DNA of 28,870 nucleotides from an uncultured cyanobacterium (GTDB lineage Bacteria; Cyanobacteriota; Cyanobacteriia; Leptolyngbyales; Leptolyngbyaceae): NCBI GenBank assembly GCA_963766075.1, contig CAVYAN010000123.1, positions 1 to 28,870 of the forward strand, read 5' to 3'. Shown piece by piece: positions 1 to 8,029 of this stretch (position 1 is its first letter; each line of letters starts with the position of its first letter). The notes under the pieces were generated by a model. It saw only the letters and a program-made list of their open reading frames with translations, ran no database searches and was not told where the DNA came from. The position numbers and the translations under genes were made by a program.

Positions 1-891
1 TTTACCACGGGGCAGGATATATTTTTTCGGCAGGGCGAATATAGTCCGGGCAGTTCTAGCGGGAAGGTATTATTGGCCCATGAGTTGACCCATGTGGTAC
101 AGCAGACAGGCGGAATTCAGGCGCAGGGAATTCAGGCAAAATTGGCGATTGGGGCACCCGGCGATTGCGACGAGCAAGAAGCCGATCAAGTGGCCAAGGC
201 GGTAACAACTCACTTAGAAAGTCAACAAAGCCAGGAACGTTCTGTGCAGCGGGCCTGTACAGCGTGTCAGGAAGAGCTCTGCCGCAAACTAAGCCCTTGT
301 TGGGAGTGGCGATTGCGGGATTACCTTACCCATTGCGCCCGCAATATTGCTCGTCAGTCTCTACTATTTATATGATATCTCAGCCTCGGGTTCCTCGCAG
401 GGAGCCGCTGATGCCGCAGGCGGAGCAATCCAGTGCCCTAGCCCCTGATCCGACTCGATGCAAGGTGGATGTACGCGCAACTCATATTGGTGCCCCTCTC
501 GGCGGTGCACCAATCTGGCACCTCCTTCTCGCTGCTCACACCGATTCAACGGGGCTAGAGTATTATTTCCGGGGTGGACCCGGTGGCTCTTGTCCAGGGG
601 GTTGCTCCGGGTGGATTTGGCACGATTATTACGAACAACGGGCGTTATCTACCCGGTACTGTAGACTGGTCTCCCGGTGCACCATCCGTTACCGCCCTGA
701 GTGGTGCCACTGCCTGTGGCAAAGATTCTTGTTTAACTTCGGAACTGCGGCGAATTGATGGAACGTGTACCCCCTATGCGCCAACAGGCCCAAACAGTAA
801 TACCGTTGCCAGTACCCTGCTCAACAATTGCAGTATTCCCCGGGTCAAACCCGTCTGGATTGCACCGGGCTGGGGAAGTCCCTATCTCTAA
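1..891 (+). pseudogene. DUF4157 (eCIS core domain) effector-like gene 1; 5' end lies outside the window and the frame is broken as sequenced; C-terminal papain-like (H...GPNSNT) cargo domain
   Basis: Frame 1 from base 1 reads [35 protein letters not shown]...[19 protein letters not shown]...[11 protein letters not shown]. Coding then moves between frames at ~290-450 and again at the G5 run 597-601. This joins CKVDVRATHIG...WHLLLAAHTDSTGLEYYFRGGPGGSCPG (ORF 165..758) to VAPGGFG...YAPTGPNSNTVASTLL...PGWGSPYL* (ORF 574..891). The breaks may be assembly errors rather than real decay. Confidence 0.8.
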
Positions 892-923
892 TAGACACTG
901 GATGTGACTGAGGGGGCGATGTT

Positions 924-1196
924 ATGACGATCAACTGGAAACGATTGAAGAGTGTTGCAGACGTTGAGCAAGCGGTGCGATCGCAACTTCCCGCTTCTGC
1001 GACGGTGGCGGATGTTAAGGCTTTTGCGAGTAACCAACAGCTTGAATGTTCGGATGTTGTGGAAAATGTGATTTACTGCTCTGCGCTTGCTGCTAGTCGA
1101 TGGTGGATGGTGCGCCGAAAATGGTTAATGCGATTCCATTTCCAGGGCAATGTTTTAAACCGTATAGACGTGCGAGAAGGGCTGATTGGACCTTGA
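924..1196 (+). CDS. Small hypothetical protein (90 aa), candidate immunity protein for effector 1
   Basis: Intact ORF 32 bp after the toxin-like stop, preceded by an SD-like GAGGGGG. Compact alpha+beta pattern ending KWLMRFHFQGNVLNRIDVREGLIGP. The immunity role is inferred from position and size only. Confidence 0.7.
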   Translation: MTINWKRLKSVADVEQAVRSQLPASATVADVKAFASNQQLECSDVVENVIYCSALAASRWWMVRRKWLMRFHFQGNVLNRIDVREGLIGP

Positions 1197-1357
1197 AACG
1201 ATGCGATTAATTTTCTGGATTAACTTCATAGAGAGGTGAGAGATGCGTGAATGGCAGTAGAGATTGCTTAATGGTTACCTCGACCAGTTGCTTTAGCGGC
1301 TAAGCATCAGCTATACCGAGCTAAAAGTCTGCGTTGTTTTCGCATCCCCAATGAGGC

Positions 1358-1963
1358 GTGATCATGTACGGAGCTAAACAGGATTCCTCAGCAAAGCTCC
1401 CCGAGCGATCGCTGGCATCTACTTCAGAAGCAACGCGAGAACCCTGGGCAATTCCTTCCCATTTGCGGAATCAGCATCCGTTACTCCAACTGCAACGGAA
1501 ATATGGCAATCGTCATGTGCAGCGCTTGGTGGAATTGTCTCGCAAGGGCGAAGGCGAAGTAGATATTGCCCCAGAAGTAGAAGCTGGAATTGAGCAGGCG
1601 CGAGGGAGTGGTCAATCCCTCGATCTCACCGCACAGCGCCAGATGGAATCTGCCTTTGGCACTGACTTTGGCAGCGTGCGAGTCCACACCGATTCTGGAG
1701 CCAATGCCCTCAACCATGCCCTCAACGCTCGCGCCTTTACCACCGGACAGGATATTTTCTTCCGCCAGGGTGAGTACAATCCTGCCAGTTCCAGCGGCAA
1801 GGAGCTATTGGCCCATGAACTGACCCATGTGGTGCAGCAAGCAGGAGGAATTCAGGCGAAATTAGCGATCGGGCAACCGAATGATCCCTATGAGCAAGAA
1901 GCTGATCAAGTTGCTGCGATCGTGACTCAACGATTAGCAAGGCATCCTGCGATCACAGATTAA
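1358..1963 (+). CDS. DUF4157 (eCIS core) effector-like gene 2, N-terminal part; probably continues to 4454
   Basis: Contains LLQLQRKYGNRHVQRL, GSGQSLD...[44 protein letters not shown] (His at 1814) and [14 protein letters not shown]. Likely start is ATG 1364 after GAGG; an ATG at 1243 with an AGAGGTG SD is an alternative. The same frame resumes after TAA 1961 with RLCAGCEEEQQQPLVQR. Confidence 0.9.
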   Translation: MIMYGAKQDSSAKLPERSLASTSEATREPWAIPSHLRNQHPLLQLQRKYGNRHVQRLVELSRKGEGEVDIAPEVEAGIEQARGSGQSLDLTAQRQMESAFGTDFGSVRVHTDSGANALNHALNARAFTTGQDIFFRQGEYNPASSSGKELLAHELTHVVQQAGGIQAKLAIGQPNDPYEQEADQVAAIVTQRLARHPAITD

Positions 1964-2765
1964 TCCCATTGCACAACACTCAAAGTCCCAGCCAGACGGC
2001 TCTGTGCTGGATGCGAAGAGGAACAGCAACAGCCTCTTGTCCAACGGAGTAGTTTAGGAATACCTACTGTCCAACTTCAAACTGCGGGTTGTCCGCCGAG
2101 TTTTGTACGCCCTATACTTCTACTGCGGCAATTCTTGCGGCGCGAGCGTTTGTCTCTGCCACGGTCATTCCCTACATTGCTGCCCGCATCTCCCCGGATG
2201 CAGCCGCTTTTTGGGTGATGTATCTGGGTCGCAGGCGCGGCGACAGCCTTGCTCCAGCGGTTTTTTCAGGAACAGGCTCGGTTGAGCAAAGCTTTATTAA
2301 TTCGGTGACCACCAAGATCATCAAGCACAACTGATTGACTGGATTAAATTAGCATTGCCCAGCATTTGCCAATACATCCCAGTCGGTTCTTGGACAAGTG
2401 TGCCCATTCGGAGTCTTCTCACTCCCAGCCAACTAATTACCCAATTAACTTTGATCAAATTCTCCACTTGAGACTCCTGGAAATATTGCTGGTGGGGTCG
2501 GGAGTAGTGATGCTGGACCTGATACCCGAACCGTTTCTGGTTCGGTGGAACTGACTCGCACAACCGATAGTGCTGGCAATACCACGGGTGGGCGGATGAA
2601 AACTCATTTCCACTTCCGGGTGCGGGATGCGGTAGATTCTATGCCCTGGCGATTGTGGCGCGTGGTTGGAGCAGTTCGCAACCATCCCCTTGAGCCGCCT
2701 GGAAGCATCTGGTGAGGCGTATGATGTGCCGTTTGAGGTCAGTTACGACGGTCCCACGGTGGAAA
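1964..2765 (+). pseudogene. Frame-broken middle of effector 2: linker plus an uncharacterised Cys-containing cargo domain
   Basis: Coherent peptides hop between frames with about six shifts (~2101, ~2314, ~2435, ~2458, ~2640, ~2764): LCAGCEEE..VQR..VQLQTAGCP / FCTPYTSTAAILAARAF / DHQAQLIDWIKLALP / NYPINFD / PLETPGNIAGGVGSSDAGPDTRTVSGSVEL...FRVRDAVD / CPGDCGAWLEQFATIPLSRLEASGEAYDVPFEV. The last shift leads into ORF 2712..4454. Confidence 0.7.
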
Positions 2766-4454
2766 GTTTCCCTTCCGGCTAGCACGGTTCAGCCTTGTTT
2801 AACGGCTCCGGGGGCGGGTGGTGTTGCGGCGTTGTCTGAACCAAGTGAGATGGAATCCACTGGCGCTGCCATGGCTTTTGCGTCAGATTCAACTTCTGAT
2901 ATGACTTCGTTGGGGACAACTCCAGAAGCTACACTCGTTCAAGCAAAAATGGATCGGCTAAGTCCTGGGCGATCGCACCACCAGGAAAAATCGACTATTC
3001 AGACAAAAAAGTTTTCCACGCAACCCATTCATTCCTCTACCTCTCAACGGGGCGGACCCATCCATTACTCTCCTAAACTTAATGGACTGAAGACACGCGA
3101 TTTAGCCATCCAGCGGTTTGGTTCAGATGAGCACATGCAAATTGGTAACCGGGCTGTGCCGGGGCAACAGGTTTACATTGGCAGTGCCATTGGCAATATT
3201 TCCTACGGTGAATTGGTTGCGCTAGCGGGGGATTATTTTGAATCGATGAGCCAACTGCAAAACCTAGCAAACGATCCACTCTATGGACGTGATGAGGTTT
3301 TATTTGCCTTATGGAAAGTGAATCCGTCCCGCCCCAGGCCATTGGTGGGTCGGAATGTTGAAGCCGCCGTGATGGATCGCTACTACCAACTAGCAGGCAG
3401 AAATGAAACCCACTTCTCAACTGGCAGCGCTCCCGGTCGTTCCAATCGTGAGCAGTATATTGCCATGCACACCAGTGCTCTTCAAGAAGCCTACTCTAAA
3501 GGGCGAACGGGTATTATTCACTCTCCCAATTGGGAAGCCCGTGAAGCATTTTCTAATCACTTCTTAACCGATGCGTTTTCGGGTGGGCACATCCGCACCC
3601 CTCGTGGCGATATTCAACGACACTGGAATGGATTATATCCAAACTTTACGGATAACCTGGTCAGCCTGATTAGTTGCTATATGGCCAGCTACATCAACGA
3701 TCGCGACAATATTGGCTACGTAGCCAGCGTGGGTCAGCTAGCCAACGGAATTGCCCCTATTCTCCGGGCACAAGCCGGAAATGTGCTTTCTGCCTTTTCA
3801 ATTGGCGATTTAATTTCTAAAGTCTTGCATGACCAGGATAATGCCGGTTTAGATGTGGTCAGTCAAGCGTCTTCCAGTTCCTCAGGCGTGCATCAATGGC
3901 GGGCGGTGGGCGATGATTTCTTGTTTAGTGTGCCCCCTGGCGTAACTTTGACTCCGGCCCTAGCACAGGCGCAGCAAGAAACCCAGCGTATGGTGATGGA
4001 AGCTGTTCGCCTCAGTTTCGCAGAAGCCCAACAGGCCCACGCAGCAGGCGCATCTGGCAATCCCGCGTTAGCCACGCTGACGAATCCCAGTCAATATCAG
4101 GCGTTGGCATTGCTGCCCAGCGCCGATTCTGCTTCAACACTCAATCCAGCCCAGGATTGGCGCGCGGCGAACATTCGAGCCATGTCTGCGAGTTTGCAAA
4201 CGCTATTGGTCGCTGCCTTTGCTCCAGGCACGGAAGTACGCCAGGGATTAGATGGGGTCGCGGTCGATTGTATCACCACGATTAACCGGGCCGGCATCGA
4301 CTTTGATTTGCATACACGCGATGCCTTCCTTTGTTTCAAACAACAGTTCCTCGCTAATATTTTTGCCATGATGATCCGAGCCGCTGAAGGAACAACTCTT
4401 TGCCCAGCGGGTAACAACAATCCCTGTCCGACCTTGAGAAATCCTTGCCCGTAA
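2712..4454 (+). CDS. C-terminal part of effector 2: low-complexity linker plus zinc-dependent phospholipase C-like domain (Legionella PlcA/B-like; PLC/P1-nuclease fold)
   Basis: Motifs IQR-FGSDEH (3108-3134), YGELVALAGDYF (3204), NETHF, NHFLTDAFSGGHIRTPR (His at 3558) and LHDQDNAGLDV. The GTG at 2712 is probably not a real start because coding enters from the upstream frameshifted region. Confidence 0.75.
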   Translation: MRRMMCRLRSVTTVPRWKVSLPASTVQPCLTAPGAGGVAALSEPSEMESTGAAMAFASDSTSDMTSLGTTPEATLVQAKMDRLSPGRSHHQEKSTIQTKKFSTQPIHSSTSQRGGPIHYSPKLNGLKTRDLAIQRFGSDEHMQIGNRAVPGQQVYIGSAIGNISYGELVALAGDYFESMSQLQNLANDPLYGRDEVLFALWKVNPSRPRPLVGRNVEAAVMDRYYQLAGRNETHFSTGSAPGRSNREQYIAMHTSALQEAYSKGRTGIIHSPNWEAREAFSNHFLTDAFSGGHIRTPRGDIQRHWNGLYPNFTDNLVSLISCYMASYINDRDNIGYVASVGQLANGIAPILRAQAGNVLSAFSIGDLISKVLHDQDNAGLDVVSQASSSSSGVHQWRAVGDDFLFSVPPGVTLTPALAQAQQETQRMVMEAVRLSFAEAQQAHAAGASGNPALATLTNPSQYQALALLPSADSASTLNPAQDWRAANIRAMSASLQTLLVAAFAPGTEVRQGLDGVAVDCITTINRAGIDFDLHTRDAFLCFKQQFLANIFAMMIRAAEGTTLCPAGNNNPCPTLRNPCP

Positions 4455-4485
4455 TATTCCGATGCCACCCCAAGCGTGAATCTAA

Positions 4486-5560
4486 ATGCGTGAATCTAAA
4501 CAAGAGATTTGGGTAAAACCTCAAACCCATGCCTCTCAATTAACGCTAGAACAACACCCTGCAAACGCAGAACTCCAGGGCGTGCTCATTTCTCATCGTG
4601 AGTCAGTTTCCCCGCGTGAGTCAGTGATGTGGCTAAACAGTCGGACTGGGGTCTCTCCTGCTCATCATGGCTCTGAATCTAAACGTTCTCCAGTCCCTCA
4701 ACGTGAGCTGTTGAGGCTCCAGCGGCATTATGGCAATCGCTATGTGCAGAGGATGTTGGCGTGTCCTGCTCATTTGGCAGACGCGGCTCCCACTCCGCCC
4801 GGTTGGCAATCGTATCACGGGGATTCTTCCTGGTTTCACTGTGGTTTTAGAGGGATTCTCGAAGAATCGATCGCCAACACCCAGCGATCGCCAAAATGAA
4901 TGTTTTTACGATCATTCTGGAAGGTTGGTCGATGACAACCACCCGTATGCTGGGTGCCGGGGAACGCCTAATGAATATGACTCTGCCCAGCATCCGCTCG
5001 ATCACACGTTTAGGGATTCGGGTGGCATCTGGCAGGCGGGGGGGCCAGCATTTATGACCTCGCGAGTTTATACGCTGAGCCGCCCGATCGCAACCGCGAT
5101 TGAAGTGGTGAGTACCGCAGGAAGGGTAATTCGCTCGGTCACCGATGGATTGGGTACGGCGATCGCCCTGGGAATTTTGACCGCCAGTGCTTCCGTCGAT
5201 CCCGGGAACTGGCGTTTTCAAGGATTGCCCGCTCGCTCAGTGCGGCATCTGAATGTAATGGGCGCAATCCTGGGTTCTGCGGCTCTCAGCCAAAATGTCG
5301 ATACATTACTGAGAAATCTAACCCGCCGCCTGGATAGCTTTCCCATTGCAGGCTTATTGGATGAGATTGCCCAAGATGTGAATCAAGTTTTGCAAAGCAG
5401 AGGAGGCAGTACTCAATCCGTAACCGCGTCTGATTTGAGTGTATTATCTCTCATTCAACTGGTGGAGTGGCTGCGGATCAATGGAATTGTTCAATACGTG
5501 CGATCGCCGGAAGAAATCGCCAGAGAGCAATTAGCAGCGCAATCAGCACCGCCTCCTTAG
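4486..5560 (+). CDS. Effector-like gene 3 (~357 aa after correcting one frameshift near 4864): eCIS-type leader without DUF4157, AMOP-like domain, helical C-terminus
   Basis: ORF 4486..4899 has LLRLQRHYGNRYVQRMLACP...WQSYHGDSSWFHCGFRGILE. Removing one base in GAAGAAT (4861-4867) continues into ORF 4730..5560: NRSPTPSDRQNECFYDHSGRLVDDNHPYAGCRGTPNEYDSAQHPLDHTFRDSGG. Confidence 0.7.
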
Positions 5561-5621
5561 GCATTCACTGATTCAGGTCCTAGATTCATTCCTTTTTTAT
5601 TTCATTTCATTATTTTTTATT

Positions 5622-7217
5622 ATGTGCGCATTAAAACAGGTCAACTCTTATTCCCCTCAATTCGGCGCGTCTGATAGCGGCCAGAAGCTCGCAAGGGTTG
5701 AGCATCCTAAGGTGCATCCCACGCCTACCCCCCTGCTCGATCGCCTGATTCACCGTTCCCCAGATCAACAAAGAACCCTAATTCAGAGATCGAGCGCCCA
5801 GGCCAGTTCTTCTCAGTCGCTTTTGCTCCAAATGCAGCACCAGTATGGCAACAGCTACGTGCAGCGCATGATGGGTTTATCTAGAAAGGCAGAAGGGGAA
5901 GCGGCTGTTACTCCCGATGTTGAGTCGGCGATCGCGCAGAAACGGGGTTCAGGACAGCCCCTCGATCGCGCGGTGCAGCGCCAAATGGAATCGGCTTTTG
6001 GCAGCGATTTTAGTGGGGTACGAGTCCACACTGACACGACGGCCGATCAACTGAATCATCAGTTAGCAGCCCGAGCCTTTACCACAGGACACGATATTTT
6101 CTTCAAACAAGGGGAATATGCTCCGGGCAGTTCTCAGGGCAAGGAGTTACTAGCCCACGAGCTAACCCATGTGGTACAGCAGTCGGGTGGCATCGCTCTG
6201 AAACTAGCGATCGGTGAGCCGAATGATGTGTATGAGCAAGAAGCCGATCAGGTGGCTCAGCTCGTGATGCAATCCGAACAAGTCGGCGCTGCCACCGAGG
6301 GAGCCGCCGAGCCGAGCCAGCGCCAAATGCCAGAAGAGTTGGTGCAAACCAAGGCTGAGCCGCGCCAAATTCAACGCGATCTGGTGGCCTACAACAAAGC
6401 ACAAACTGAGATTATGCCTTCCTTTGGTGAATCGGCAACGTCAACTTTTGTCACCACCTCGGCAGAAGCGCCTGGAATTCGAGCCGCCTTAGCAGCACTC
6501 ATTGCAGACGACAAAGTGAAAGAGGTCGTCTCTAAGAGCGGCGATAAGAGCTGGTTTGCGGCGAATCAGCATAAAAATGCTCAGTTGGCAGATATCCAGA
6601 AAGCGCTTGCGGATGCGGGTTATGCTCAAGCTGGGAAGATGGCGCGATCGCTCTACGATATTCATGGGGAATACGTCTATAGCAACCAGGAAATCACTAC
6701 AGTCGGTCTATTTCTTGACCAAACGACGAAATTGGGGCCGCGTGTGACGACGGAGCACGATCGCTCCATGACTGAATACGAAATTCGTCAGGCGCGTCGA
6801 GTGTTTAAGAGTGCGATCGATTACAGCAAAGTTACTATTGCGGATGGTTCGCTATCTGCTAGAGCGATCTCGGTTGGAGGCTATGCCCGCACGATTGGCA
6901 ATACAATCAATTTCCCCACCGGTGACTCTCGCAACATGGCATTTATGGTTCACGAGCTGACCCATGTCTGGCAATATCAAACCACTGGTGCTTCCTATGC
7001 TGTCAAAGCGTTGTGGGCACAGATTGCCGAAGGTTATAGCTATACCCCGGCAGGCAAAACGCCGGACGAAGCCTTGAACGAAGCGCGTCAAGCAGGTAAA
7101 ACGTTGTCTAGCTTTAATAAGGAACAGCAGGGCGACATTTTGTCGGATTACTTTAGGCGGTTACAGTCTAACCAACCTACAGCCGCTTACCAACCGTTTG
7201 TTGATGATGTTAAGTAG
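5622..7217 (+). CDS. DUF4157 (eCIS core) effector-like gene 4, intact, with a C-terminal second HExxH zincin metalloprotease-like toxin domain
   Basis: LLQMQHQYGNSYVQRMM leader; DUF4157 core with [12 protein letters not shown] (6156); IQR at 6369. The C-terminal MTEYEIRQARRVFKSAIDYSKV...ARTIGNTINF...FMVHELTHVWQYQ (6951)...FNKEQQGDILSDYF is typical of Rhs/VgrG-associated zincins. Confidence 0.9.
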   Translation: MCALKQVNSYSPQFGASDSGQKLARVEHPKVHPTPTPLLDRLIHRSPDQQRTLIQRSSAQASSSQSLLLQMQHQYGNSYVQRMMGLSRKAEGEAAVTPDVESAIAQKRGSGQPLDRAVQRQMESAFGSDFSGVRVHTDTTADQLNHQLAARAFTTGHDIFFKQGEYAPGSSQGKELLAHELTHVVQQSGGIALKLAIGEPNDVYEQEADQVAQLVMQSEQVGAATEGAAEPSQRQMPEELVQTKAEPRQIQRDLVAYNKAQTEIMPSFGESATSTFVTTSAEAPGIRAALAALIADDKVKEVVSKSGDKSWFAANQHKNAQLADIQKALADAGYAQAGKMARSLYDIHGEYVYSNQEITTVGLFLDQTTKLGPRVTTEHDRSMTEYEIRQARRVFKSAIDYSKVTIADGSLSARAISVGGYARTIGNTINFPTGDSRNMAFMVHELTHVWQYQTTGASYAVKALWAQIAEGYSYTPAGKTPDEALNEARQAGKTLSSFNKEQQGDILSDYFRRLQSNQPTAAYQPFVDDVK

Positions 7218-7342
7218 CCGTCGCCTATTCCCCTGGAGTGGTGCGTGGAGAATGTTGCAACGGCACCAAACGTTCTTAAACGTTGATGCAAAGCGAATAG
7301 AAAGTGAGTGGGCCAGCGCAATACCTGATCCTCTCAAGTTCT

Positions 7343-7948
7343 TCACCCGCCGCTCCCAGAGCGCCCCACTTTTTGGAGAACTCGTAATTCTGCGGCGGTG
7401 AGATCGCGCCATGCGCCCGCTGTCAGCCCATTTAGGCTGAGGTCGCCAATTTGGACCCGCACGAGGCGGAGAGTGGGAAAGCCCACTGCTGCTGTCATCC
7501 GGCGTACTTGGCGGTTGCGGCCTTCGGTGAGGGTAATTTCGATCCAGGCGGTGGGAATGGCTTTGCGGTAGCGGACCGGGGGATCGCGGGGGGGCAGATC
7601 GGGGATCGTGGGCAGGAGGGTAGCGATCGCGGGTCGAGTGCGATAGTTCTGAATGGTTACGCCTTGCCGCAGACGATCCAATGCCGCTGCATCAGGAATA
7701 CTCTCCACTTGTACCCAATAGGTGCGGGGATGGGCAAAGCGGGGATCACTAAGGCGATGCTGTAAGCCGCCATCATTGGTGAGGAGCATTAATCCTTCGC
7801 TATCCTGATCCAGTCGCCCCACGGGATAGACATCCGGTACCGTGATAAAGTCCTTCAGCAGTAACCGGGGTGAACTGGGGGGGCTGTCGTCGGTGAACTG
7901 GCACAGGACGTTATAGGGTTTGTGAAAGAGCAGATAGCGGTAGGACAC
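7343..7948 (-). CDS. rluE: RsuA/RluE-family rRNA pseudouridine synthase
   Basis: [12 protein letters not shown], catalytic [45 protein letters not shown]; no S4 domain, as in RluE. Confidence 0.9.
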   Translation of the reverse strand: MSYRYLLFHKPYNVLCQFTDDSPPSSPRLLLKDFITVPDVYPVGRLDQDSEGLMLLTNDGGLQHRLSDPRFAHPRTYWVQVESIPDAAALDRLRQGVTIQNYRTRPAIATLLPTIPDLPPRDPPVRYRKAIPTAWIEITLTEGRNRQVRRMTAAVGFPTLRLVRVQIGDLSLNGLTAGAWRDLTAAELRVLQKVGRSGSGG

Positions 7949-7949
7949 G

Positions 7950-8029
7950 ACTCTAATTCACCCCAACTCTAGGTCACCCCAGCTTTAATTCACTCCAACT
8001 CCAGTTCACCCCGGCTTTAGTTCACGATC
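7950..8029. repeat. Five degenerate tandem 16-bp repeats (consensus RCTYTARTTCACCCCA)
   Basis: Units: ACTCTAATTCACCCCA 7950, ACTCTAGGTCACCCCA 7966, GCTTTAATTCACTCCA 7982, ACTCCAGTTCACCCCG 7998, GCTTTAGTTCACGATC 8014. Confidence 0.9.

Noticed and set aside
285..2765. Programmed ribosomal frameshifting or DGR-type diversification in the effector genes
   Set aside because: There are too many shifts in both directions, no recurring slippery heptamer, and no reverse transcriptase or template/variable repeat pair.
4474..4500. 14-bp-period duplication GCGTGAATCTAAA at the start of effector 3
   Set aside because: Only two copies, in an error-prone region; no function can be supported.
1..7340. Effector array as a recently inserted mobile element
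   Set aside because: No integrase, transposase, terminal repeats or target duplication are seen at the right boundary, and HIP1 sites are present inside; the left boundary is outside the window.
7950..8029. Possible mini-CRISPR array
   Set aside because: The units are 16-bp head-to-tail repeats with no unique spacers, and there are no cas genes in the window.
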